IMG/VR virus record: IMGVR_UViG_3300045051_000720
Location: 62,001 to 126,000 of that record
Direction: 5' to 3' (one strand)
DNA length: 64,000 bases
Shown here: positions 15,482 through 24,967 of the stretch, piece after piece
Numbering within the stretch: position 1 is the stretch's first letter
Layout: each line of letters starts with the position of its first letter
The notes under the pieces: generated by a model
Told to the model about the DNA's origin: nothing
Databases searched by the model: none
Seen by the model: only the letters and a program-made list of their open reading frames with translations
Position numbers and translations under genes: made by a program

Positions 15482-15607
15482 TTAGGTCCCGAGACCCCCT
15501 GTGGTGACCGGCTTGGCGTTCAGCCAAAAGCTGATCATATCCACGCACGTATACCCTTCACGGAGGGACCGTGTCGTGGGCAGTGGTGACTTTTGGAGGT
15601 GGGACAT
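15482..15607 (-). CDS. Attenuator leader peptide (41 aa, contains all 20 amino acids)
   Basis: MSHLQKSPLPTTRSLREGYTCVDMISFWLNAKPVTTGGLGT-stop; last codons GGGTCTCGGGA complement TTCCGAGACCC of the terminator 5-prime arm. Confidence 0.78.
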   Translation of the reverse strand: MSHLQKSPLPTTRSLREGYTCVDMISFWLNAKPVTTGGLGT

Positions 15608-15637
15608 TGAAGGTGAGAAAAGTGAAGGTTGAGGCGA

Positions 15638-15698
15638 TATACACCCGCACGGTGCGGGTTTATATCGACATCATAGGCGAGTTAGACGCGCTCGTCAA
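15638..15698 (-). promoter_or_regulatory. Tandem promoters for the leader / tRNA unit
   Basis: TTGACG-N17-TATGAT (15698-15670) and ATAAAC-N12-GGTGTATA (15663-15638). Confidence 0.7.
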
Positions 15699-15766
15699 GG
15701 GTTGGTTGCGCTGATCTCGCGTGGGTTGTGTAACACACTGGCGCGGAGCAGGTTGGGTATAAAGAA

Positions 15767-15909
15767 AGGATGGATGGGGTTACGACCCACTGATTGACCG
15801 TTCACGTACCACGTTCGTACGCCGGTTTGTCTTTCGACCGTGTGCGTTCTGATGGTCAGCACACTCGCGTCATCAACCGTAGCGTGTCAGCAATCCACGC
15901 CGCCATCCT
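15767..15909 (-). ncRNA. Expanded tRNA-like RNA B
   Basis: AGGATGG/CCATCCT acceptor stem, GCGTG-GATTGCTGA-CACGC D-like arm, GTGGG-TCGTAAC-CCCAT T-like arm, ~90 nt insert. Confidence 0.55.
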
Positions 15910-16047
15910 AAAGGTCAACTCCCCTTGACGCGCGTGAGTGGCCTGAAGCAAGGTCGGCATTGCGCCCGAGGGTAGCAATCCTAGTCGCGGTACCGTCAGA
16001 GGCGCGCCAGAGGGGGAGTTCAAGGAGGGAGCGACCCACCAAGAGAA

Positions 16048-16170
16048 TGGATAGGTCGGGCGCAACTCCGACTGGTAGGTTTCCCCACGCCGGGCGCGCC
16101 TTTCGGCGGACCACTTGTTGAGGCTTACTCCGCATTACGCTTGCATGTCTGCTTTCCATGCCGCTATCCA
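16048..16170 (-). ncRNA. Expanded tRNA-like RNA A
   Basis: TGGATAG/CTATCCA acceptor stem, GCATG-GAAAGCAGA-CATGC D-like arm, GTCGG...CCGAC T-like arm, ~70 nt insert. Confidence 0.55.
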
Positions 16171-16634
16171 AAAGGATGCCCACCCCTTGCGTTCGCCATC
16201 TTGGGCGACCCAAAGCGTGTCATTCGGGACATGCATCCTAGCTCGTGCTCGACGGGTTGTGATGGTTGTCATGAGACAAGCGCATCGCCGGTAAGGGAGG
16301 ATAGAGCCAGACCACGCGCGACCGCGAGTGATCGTGTATACCTTGAGGGGTGGGCAGAGGGGATGAGAAAGAACAAAAGGGGGCGAGCCGCTGTTATGAG
16401 GTTACGGCTCAGGCGAATGAATGACCACGGCAGCGCAAGGAGGAAAACAGATAAACTCCCTCGCCACAGCGCCTCATTACCCGTCAGTATCCCACGCCAT
16501 CGCGAGACCTGACACTCGGCTTTTACGTGGTACCAAGTCGGGGATGTAACTGACTAGCCTGCTCGGCCGCCACTATTCCCGGCGGGATTGCCCCGCTATG
16601 CACCCGCCGTTGCGGGAAGTGAAAGAACGTATCC

Positions 16635-16714
16635 TATACACCCCATGGTAGGCGTGTTGGATGGCACTGTCAAGAGAGATTGGCGTTGACAGTGGGGTCT
16701 AACCCGACTAGACT
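16635..16714. promoter_or_regulatory. Divergent promoter pair
   Basis: - strand TTGACA-N17-TACCAT (16673-16645) plus GGTGTATA; + strand TTGACA-N17-TAGACT (16686-16714). Confidence 0.75.
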
Positions 16715-16720
16715 GAGGGG

Positions 16721-17428
16721 ATGAAGTACATGGGGTCCAAAGCGCGCTATACCAAGAGCATCTTACCCATCATCCTTGCCAACCGCGCGCCCGACCAATG
16801 GTATGTTGAGCCGTTCGTAGGCGGAGCCAATGTGATTGACAAGGTATCGGGGCCGCGCATCGGGGCCGACATCAATCCTTACCTCATCGCCCTGCTAGAG
16901 GCGCTACGGGATGGTTGGATACCACCACGGTTGACCCGCGACGAATATAACACCATCCGCGCGGACAAGGGCGCACACGAGACCTGTTTGGTTGGCTGGG
17001 CCGGTGTTGGCTGCTCATACAGCGGCAAATGGTTTGGCGGCTATGCTGGTACCGTTCAAACCCGAGACGGGGTCCGCGATTACATCGCCGAGGCTATCGC
17101 CAACGCGACGCGGCAGGCCAAGGGATTAGCGGGAGCCGAGTTTGTCAGTCTGTCGTACGACCAGATCACTTTGCCACCATCGAGCCTTGTGTACTGTGAC
17201 CCGCCCTATGCGGACACAACCTCATACGCTAACACGTTTGACACGCCTGCGTTTTGGGAGTGGTGTTGTCATGCTGTGGACGCTGGCCATCGGGTGTTTG
17301 TCTCGGAGTATCGTGCCCCCGAGGACTGGTGCTGTGTGTGGGAAGGTCGGGCGACGAGCAGCTTGTCGGCCAACGGCAAGTGTGGAGGTAACAAAGTCTC
17401 GACCGAGAGATTATTCACCAAGGGTTGA
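16721..17428 (+). CDS. DNA adenine methyltransferase (Dam / D12 class)
   Basis: KYMGSK, YVEPFVGGA, YCDPPY. Confidence 0.9.
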   Translation: MKYMGSKARYTKSILPIILANRAPDQWYVEPFVGGANVIDKVSGPRIGADINPYLIALLEALRDGWIPPRLTRDEYNTIRADKGAHETCLVGWAGVGCSYSGKWFGGYAGTVQTRDGVRDYIAEAIANATRQAKGLAGAEFVSLSYDQITLPPSSLVYCDPPYADTTSYANTFDTPAFWEWCCHAVDAGHRVFVSEYRAPEDWCCVWEGRATSSLSANGKCGGNKVSTERLFTKG

Positions 17429-17459
17429 CAGTGAGGTTCAACACCCCTATGATAGGGTC

Positions 17460-18356
17460 ATGGTCGTCACGTGTTATGGTTTTCGCGGGGTGGGTAGTCA
17501 GATCGATAGAATCGAAGAGGGCTTTCGCGCGCTTGGTCACGAGGTGACCTCTGACGTGGGGTTGGCCGATTTGGTATATTGCAACGATTCGGGGTCGTTC
17601 GGTCAGGTCATCGACGCCAAGGCGCGCGGGACGATTCGCGGCAAGGTGGTGTTTAACCAACTGGATCTTGCGCCACATCTCGGTGCGGCTTTCCCCCTTG
17701 CGCTCATTCGAGAGCAACTGACCCACGCCGATGCGGTGACTACCATCTCACAGACAGTCGCGCGCGACATCAAGGCGCGGCTGGGTATTGACGCGACCGT
17801 CATCTACAATCCGATCCGGGCGGTCACCCGCGCGCGGGGTGTGCGTCTCTATAAGGGGCTGTTCGTCGGTAGGGTTCAGGACCATGAAAAAAGAGCGGTC
17901 ATCGGAGCGGCGGCTCTTTCCATCCTTGGCTATGGGTGGGACGACATGGTCACGGTGGGTCGCGAGCTACCGCCCTATGGAGGTCAGTACTATGGCGAGG
18001 CTACGGATGCGGAGCTGAGCGGGTTTTACAACACCTGCGACTATCTGATTTGCCCCACCCGCAACGCCTTTCTCGGGCCCCCCATCCTCGAAGCGATGGC
18101 GTGCGGGTGCATCCCGGTCGTGTGTCGCGACCTTGACATCCTCGACGAGTTCCTGCCCGCGACTCTCTTTCCCGAGTACCGGGAGGTGGAGCCCACCGCC
18201 CCGTCGATCGCTCGGTTCATCGCGAGGTATCAGGGCGACATCTCGCGAGCGGAGATGAGCGACCGGCTGTACAACCACTACGCGCGCACGTGGGCGGGGG
18301 CGCTCAGCCCGGCGGGCGTGGCGAGTGCGATTGAGCGGGTTTATCGGAGCCTATGA
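17460..18356 (+). CDS. Glycosyltransferase family 4
   Basis: FVGR...EK and FLGPPILEAMACG; leaderless start after promoter 17425-17453. Confidence 0.85.
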   Translation: MVVTCYGFRGVGSQIDRIEEGFRALGHEVTSDVGLADLVYCNDSGSFGQVIDAKARGTIRGKVVFNQLDLAPHLGAAFPLALIREQLTHADAVTTISQTVARDIKARLGIDATVIYNPIRAVTRARGVRLYKGLFVGRVQDHEKRAVIGAAALSILGYGWDDMVTVGRELPPYGGQYYGEATDAELSGFYNTCDYLICPTRNAFLGPPILEAMACGCIPVVCRDLDILDEFLPATLFPEYREVEPTAPSIARFIARYQGDISRAEMSDRLYNHYARTWAGALSPAGVASAIERVYRSL

Positions 18357-19198
18357 CCTACACCGAGCCCCCCCTTGCCGTCCTCGTCCTTGACTTCGAG
18401 CGTGAGGAGGAGACCCGTGCATGTCTCGCCTCCATCCGCGACCACATCAAGATCCCGCACAAGGTCATCTATCTCCATAACGGACCCGCTGATTACCCTT
18501 CCGCCCTCCTCAAGGAGGGACTCATCCACCAGCTCATCCAGCCCGCAACGAATAACGGCCTCGGCATCGGGACGCGCGATCTGTTCGCGGCATCGTTTAG
18601 TCGCTACTCGCTCTACCTCCAACCCGATCAGGTCTTGCGTGTGGACATCACTCCCGAGGTCTTCGCCAACCTGACGGGCATGCTGGGGGGTAAGATGATG
18701 CTCCAGATCAAGGACGAACCCACGCCGCGCGATTCAGGGTGGACGGTCGCGTCTGTCAGCCTCGCCGGACAAGTGTGTGGTCCAAGTGAGTACAGTGAAA
18801 GGGCACACCTCATCGAGACGGCCTTCTATAAAGGGTTGGAGTGGAACGGATTGCCGTGCCACGGCGCAGGACCTTATCACGATGGCGAGTGGCGCGAGGC
18901 TACCATTCAGCGGTACTACCGCGAGCACCAGCTCATTCACGCGACCCATCTCCCTCCCCTCGTAGAGGACCGAGGCTATCGTGCGCGACGCCAGAATCCG
19001 GATGGTTCGGTGTGGGAGCACCAACCCGACACGAAGGCCTTGACACTTGTGCGCGGGCCGGTGCGCGAACGGTATGTGTATCCCAAGCTCAGTCCGCGCG
19101 AGTGGGAGTCTGTGCTGGCTACGCAGGCATGGCCGGCGGGCCAGATTCCTGAGGACGAGGTCAAGGACAGCTTCACGGTACCCCATTGGCACGCATGA
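18353..19198 (+). CDS. Glycosyltransferase (GT-A / GT2-like)
   Basis: LAVLVLDF.R...CLASI, HNG, NNGLGIG, YLQPD. Confidence 0.7.
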   Translation: MTYTEPPLAVLVLDFEREEETRACLASIRDHIKIPHKVIYLHNGPADYPSALLKEGLIHQLIQPATNNGLGIGTRDLFAASFSRYSLYLQPDQVLRVDITPEVFANLTGMLGGKMMLQIKDEPTPRDSGWTVASVSLAGQVCGPSEYSERAHLIETAFYKGLEWNGLPCHGAGPYHDGEWREATIQRYYREHQLIHATHLPPLVEDRGYRARRQNPDGSVWEHQPDTKALTLVRGPVRERYVYPKLSPREWESVLATQAWPAGQIPEDEVKDSFTVPHWHA

Positions 19199-19992
19199 GT
19201 CTATCCTTGTACGCTTACGCGTTTAACTGTGCCAAAAGGGACTTCGATCTCGACGGCGCGGTTGCCAACTTCCTTGCCTTCAGCGACGAGGTCGTGATCG
19301 CCACTCTCGCCACCCAAGAGGATGACACCCTAGATCGCCTCCGCGCCCACGCTGCGGCCAACCCGCGCCTCAAGGTGGTGGTTTCCGACATGGACATCAA
19401 GCGCAACAACCGCTTCGACGGCGACCTCAAGACCCTCGCACTTCAGGCCTGCACCCATCCTATCCGAGTCATCGCGGACGCCGACGAACGTTTCGTCATC
19501 AGCCAGCGCATGTGGTGGGATGCGTTGGGGGCGAGACTGTTGGAGCAACCGACAATCGATGGGTGGCTCATCCCTGTCATCGATCTGTACGGGAGCAAAG
19601 ACACCATCCGCGCCGACCAGCATGTTGGGCTCAAGATGCGCATCCATAAGGCCACGGTGGTCAAGAGGGGAGTGCATCACCTAGCGGAGCGCGGCGCGGG
19701 GCTTATCGACACCTCGATGTCCGACACTACTGACCCGTTGCTCGCGGACGGCAGCATGGCGAGGTTCGCGCCGGTTGTCAATCCCAGCCAGCTCCATCCC
19801 CTGATGTGCAACCAACTGCCGGTGTTCGTGTTGCACTACGGCTACCTTGACCTCGCCCGCCGCGCCAAACTCGGTCGCGAGTTTTGGAAGACTCACTGGG
19901 AAGCGCGCTCGGGCCACGTAGAAAACGTGGCGGTTGACAAGGCCTCGTTGGAGGGTTATCCTGTGGTGCCCCATGGACTGAAGCTGACATGA
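19195..19992 (+). CDS. Glycosyltransferase (GT2-like)
   Basis: DEVVI, DDT, DADE and LHYGY motifs. Confidence 0.8.
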   Translation: MSLSLYAYAFNCAKRDFDLDGAVANFLAFSDEVVIATLATQEDDTLDRLRAHAAANPRLKVVVSDMDIKRNNRFDGDLKTLALQACTHPIRVIADADERFVISQRMWWDALGARLLEQPTIDGWLIPVIDLYGSKDTIRADQHVGLKMRIHKATVVKRGVHHLAERGAGLIDTSMSDTTDPLLADGSMARFAPVVNPSQLHPLMCNQLPVFVLHYGYLDLARRAKLGREFWKTHWEARSGHVENVAVDKASLEGYPVVPHGLKLT

Positions 19993-20479
19993 CCACCAAA
20001 CCCTTCATCGAGATCCACGAGACCGTGGGCGGCAAGGTTGCAACAGCCTATCGTCCCGCTGAGGGACACTGTCCCATGCTGATGGGTATTGCCTTGGCAT
20101 CGGCCACTCGCGTTATCACCCAGTCCTTCCTCGCCGAGATGGAGTTGGGCGAGGAGCATCGCAAGCCCATTGAGCGCGAGATCGTGGCGACCTACCTGCG
20201 CGACCTCCAGATGGGAGACATGGGCGAGGCCGAGAGCACGGATGTGAAGGATTTGTCATGACCCACCGCGAACGCATCCTCACCAAGCTCGCCGCCGCGT
20301 GGGATCACGCACCCAACGCGCGTCTCGGCCAGCTCCTTGAGTCGGTTGAGAACGTAGGCTGGGACATCAGCCCTCAGCGCGTGGCTGCGCCGAGGCTTTT
20401 ATGGATGGGTAATGACCTGTTCGAGGCGGCGCTGGACCAGTGGAACGCCGATGCGGGGCGGAAGGTGGTGGGGGTATGA
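19989..20479 (+). CDS. Two small hypothetical proteins (19989-20261, 20258-20479)
   Basis: ATGA-coupled ORFs. Confidence 0.6.
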
Positions 20480-21330
20480 CCGTGCCGCGCAACTGGCTCT
20501 GCCTCATCACGTCTGACCGGGAAGAGGTTAACGTTGATGAGTTGACCCGCGACGTGTGGCCTCACTTCGACGGTATCTGTGCGGTGGTCCACCCACAGGG
20601 CGGAGACGACAAGGTCAAAGCCATCCTTGAGGACCGCAAGGGCGACGGTTTCGTTGTCGAGCAGCCCTACCTCTGGCATCATAGCCACGCGATGAACCGT
20701 TGGCTGCTTGACCCGCGCGTTCACCTGATGGACGCCTGTTGGATTCGCGACAGCTCTGAACGCTTCAATCCCACCTTCACCGCGAGCCTCGCCGCGTTCT
20801 CGGCCGACCTCCTACGTCATGACATCTGGAACCTCGCCCAGCGATCCAAGCTTCTCATGTTCCGCCGCTGGTACGGGCAGCAGTTTTTCAACGGCCTGCA
20901 CTGGGGATTGAGTGGCACGAACGGTGCAACCATCGCGATGGACCGCATGGCCCAGTTCGCTAACGACCGCGACTATGCCTACTCTGTGCGCGACGAGAAG
21001 CGGCCCGCGACGCACCGCTACGAGCACGAATTGAGGTATTTGATCGACTACGGTCCCAACGGCAACCACCTTGCACTATTCCACCCCAACCAAGCTGACC
21101 TCGAACGCGCGCAATGGGGTCTGTTCCACTACACCACGTGGCTGCGCGGGCAGGGTGTGACCACTGCTGACCAGCTCATTAACTGGTGGCAGCGCAACCC
21201 CATCGACGCGCAACACGTGGCATGGATCAATGCCGAGCGTCCGCTCCGCAACGCCTACCGTTTCTTTGCTCTCCACCATACCAACGAGGCCATCCTTGCC
21301 GATGAGGACACATGGAGGCTAACCCTATGA
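20476..21330 (+). CDS. Probable GT-A-fold glycosyltransferase
   Basis: FDGICAV, DSSE, GLHWGL; cluster context. Confidence 0.5.
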   Translation: MTVPRNWLCLITSDREEVNVDELTRDVWPHFDGICAVVHPQGGDDKVKAILEDRKGDGFVVEQPYLWHHSHAMNRWLLDPRVHLMDACWIRDSSERFNPTFTASLAAFSADLLRHDIWNLAQRSKLLMFRRWYGQQFFNGLHWGLSGTNGATIAMDRMAQFANDRDYAYSVRDEKRPATHRYEHELRYLIDYGPNGNHLALFHPNQADLERAQWGLFHYTTWLRGQGVTTADQLINWWQRNPIDAQHVAWINAERPLRNAYRFFALHHTNEAILADEDTWRLTL

Positions 21331-24300
21331 GTGATCCCATCACCCTTACCGAGGCCCAGTGCTACGAGGCGATTGAACGCTGGCAAGACTATGCGGTGTT
21401 CATGTATCACACTGAGCGCGGGGTAGCCTTGTTTGCGACCAACAGCATCCAGCACGATGGACGACACGTTACCATGTCTATCGAGCCGGACGGACGTATC
21501 GCGGCAACGCGCAAGGAGGACGGTGTCAAAGTGGTCTACGATGTCGTCATCACTACCGCGCCCTTACAGGGAGACAACAGCCTCGACAACGTCCAGTACC
21601 TCGCGCGGGTGTCGGACGTGGCTTCGCTTCCGCCAAACGACCAGACCTATTTCAACGGTTTGCGCCCGTTTGTCTATTCTCTGTTCCAGCGTACGGTGGC
21701 CAATCAGTTCATCGCGCGCATGGCTCCCGAGACTATCAAGGTCATCGCTCATGACCTGTCGTTGGCTGCGCCTAAAGCCGCCCCATGACCATCTACCTTG
21801 TCCTCCGCCACGATGGGACCTTTCGCGCCCACTCCTACGTCTCCTACTGGACCGACGACATGCAGGCGGCGCGAGTGTACACCAAGCTTGGACCGGCCAA
21901 GGCTCTGGTCACTCGCTGGCAGCGCGAGAACCCCAATGAACCCACGCCTACCCTGCTCATGCTGCCTTTCGAGGCTGCCGACATGCACGTGGTAGACCTG
22001 AGCGAGTCTACATCCAAGGCCATCGCGCGCATTGAGCGGCGTAAGCTGGAGCGGGCCAAGATGCAGGCCGCGTGGGAGATCGAGGAGCTACAACGCAAGC
22101 AGGCCGAGATCCAGCAGCGACTGGCCACCCTTCACCATGAGCACTAGAACCTCCCACGCCGACGCCAACTATTTTTCCGTCTCGGCGAACACCTACCAGT
22201 GGTTCGCTGGTACCCCCGAAGCCCGTTCCGATACTCAGCCGCCGAGCGATCTGACCTTTAGACCCGACCAACCCGCCAACTGGGATGCGGTTCTAAAGAT
22301 CTGCGACGAGACGAACGGGTTGCGGTGGTATACCGTTCGCGCAGCACAGGGGCGAGAGAATGCCCTTGACCTCAACAACCGCGTGACCGATTGCCTGATC
22401 AAAGGCGAGTGGGGGCTGGACGCTGCATCTGGTGATCAGGTTATCACGGTCAAGGGTGGGTGCAGAGGCATCCGGCTGTGGGGAGAGGTTTACTCCACCG
22501 GTCGCAACGCCGACATCGTGGTTGGAGCATGGAGCGATCAGTGCCACGACGTGTCAACCGATCTCGATTTCTCGCAGCTTGGTCGTCCTGATGGACGGCC
22601 TTTGACCGTTATCCTTGCGCGTTGTAAGGGGGTGAAGCTGCCACCCGGCGCGCGTGTGTTGCGCCTCAAGAGTCTCGGCTATTCCGCGTACTGGTGGCTC
22701 AAGCTCGCCGCCGTCAAGCTGGGGGTGCTGCGATGAACGTCTCGGTCCCCAACGTGTCTACCTACATCCCCCTCCTCATCTGCGGAGAGGGTACCAGTCA
22801 AGAGATCGCTCGCGTGGGTGCGGACGGCACCGTCGTCCTCTCCAAACCCGGCGCGGACAAGGAAGCGGCGCGGCTGTTCTGGGACGCCATCCAGTTTAAG
22901 GGCAAGACCTTTCGCGCGCGCATTGCCGAGCTGGAGGCCGCACAGCCCAAGGAGGTGTACGTCGTGACAAAGGGCCAGTACAGCGACTACGGCATCCTTG
23001 GGGTCTATCTTGACCGTACCCTAGCCGACGAGTTCGCGGCCCAGCGTCATGCTGACGTTGAAGTCTGGCCTCTTGGTGCGCTTGACTTGCCTCGCGGCCA
23101 TCGTCGCTACTCCGTGATCATGGATGGCGAGGGCAGCACGGCGGTGTATGGCGTGAACGAGGTCGACTCATCGGACGAGGGCGCGGATGAGAACCTGACG
23201 GAGACTGATGACACTGGTCCCAAGAACGAGTGGGGTTACTCTACTCGCTATGTCTACACCGGCTATCGCCGGTTCTATGTCACCACCGACATGGGTGAGC
23301 AAGGCGCACTCAAGATCGCCAACGAACGGCGCGCCCAACTCATCGCGCTCAACCAATGGCCACAAAAGGGTGCACTCGTCGAGTAAGATGGCATCCCATC
23401 ACCCAGCCGCCGCGCTGCGCGGGCCGGGTGCTTGTTTATTGCCCTACCTACCCTCACCGTCGCGTCCGCCCCATCTCAATCGACCTTCTGCAATGGTGCA
23501 CCGACGCTACGCATTGGCATCCTCTGGTTGATCCCTATCCATCCCCGCCATGACCCATCGCCCGCGCCTTTGGTTCCTCACTCGCTACGAGCACCGGGGT
23601 TGTGTGCGCCTTGCTATCTATCACGCGCGCGATGCGCTTGACGCAAAGGCGATGGTAGAGCGAGAGCCGGCGGTGAGGGAGATCGATCCCGACTGGGTTC
23701 GATCCCACCAGATCGAGGCGGACCTCCTGACCAGCCAGTGGGCAGATCTCGTGCTGCGGCAGTGGTTCCGGGCCGACTATGTGCGCAAGCTCCGCCAGAG
23801 CATCGACACCCTCGCACCGTGGGCCTTCGCTTATGGTCACCGCGCGCCTTAGGGGTTGACACCGCCATCCAACCCGGCTACCATGGGATCATGACCCTTG
23901 ACTATACCCCCACCATCCGCGCCGAGATCGAGGTAGAGGTTGCTCGGCTCAAGAGGCGGTTGGAGGCGAGGGCCGAAGTTGCCGGTTGGCCTATCGTCGA
24001 TGATGTGGCGGCCGAGTACGTCGAGCTGGGCTATCTCGTCAACCTCCATCACGGGCACGACCTGTTTGGGGAGAACGACACGATTTGCGGTCTGCCTATC
24101 TCCATCAATCGCGCCTGTCCGCGCACCATTCGGGTGGGTGCGGACGATGTGTACTCCGTTGATGAATGGGTGGTCTATGATGAAGACGGCGAGCCCGAGA
24201 CGCGTTCCCTTACCCACAAAACCGACCTGTTTGAGGAGACCATCTGGTAATGCTCATCCAACACGCCATCTACGTTCCGGCCGAGGACTGTTTCCTCGTG

Positions 24301-24967
24301 TCCGCCCACCGCGACATCCCGAATGTTTACACCTTCCCCGATGGTCAGACCCTCGCCATCTCTGGTGCGCTTGAGTGGACACATCGCGATGGTGACCTTA
24401 TCGCGCTGGAGGGGCGTTATGAGGAATGGAACTTGATGGACGACTGGCCCTTCGAGGACATCGCCGCGCGATTGCTGTTCCAGCGCGGGGACGAATGGCG
24501 ACCCATCAAGGAGGCTACGGCGAGTGAGCTGGAGACCCTCGCGCGCGGCGAGGGGTGGACGGCACGGGTGGCGGCGCACTGGTTGACCAAATAATATGCA
24601 CTATCGCGACGGTACGGAAGCCCAAGTGGGCGACATTGTAACAGGCCGAGGCTACAACCTCCCCTATCTTATCGTGGGTCCCGTGACCCAGCTCATCCCC
24701 GCTAACGGGGACGCTTGCAATCTGCGCGTCGAGGTGCGCGTGGCCAAGTGGCATGACTACTCTCACGAGGACGGTTGTCCCGACACCCCCGCCCACTTCA
24801 CCTTCGAGACCTACGAGGAGGCAGGCGCGGTACGGGACTTCGAGCTGGTCTATCGCGAGGGCTGGAAGCAGACGCAGGTGGCCCGTTCGATCTGGCTGCC
24901 CAAGGACGCGAGGGGGTTTGTCGAGGACGAACGGGGGCGGCGCTGCATGGTGGTAGAGAAGCCGTGA
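21327..24967 (+). CDS. Run of translationally coupled hypothetical proteins (21327-21788, 21785-22147, 22137-22736, 22733-23386, 23550-23852, 23891-24250, 24250-24594, 24596-24967)
   Basis: Overlapping start/stop codons and consistent GC3; no recognisable motifs. Confidence 0.6.

Noticed and set aside
8578-16632. tmRNA or SRP RNA among the orphan RNAs
   Set aside because: No Ala-type acceptor joined to a tag ORF and no SRP helix-8 motif could be found by eye.
17142-17459. Long N-terminal extensions in the ORF track (17142, 5637, 23738, 32611, 47526, 48222 and others)
   Set aside because: They overlap upstream genes or promoters; downstream ATGs fit leaderless or ATGA-coupled starts.
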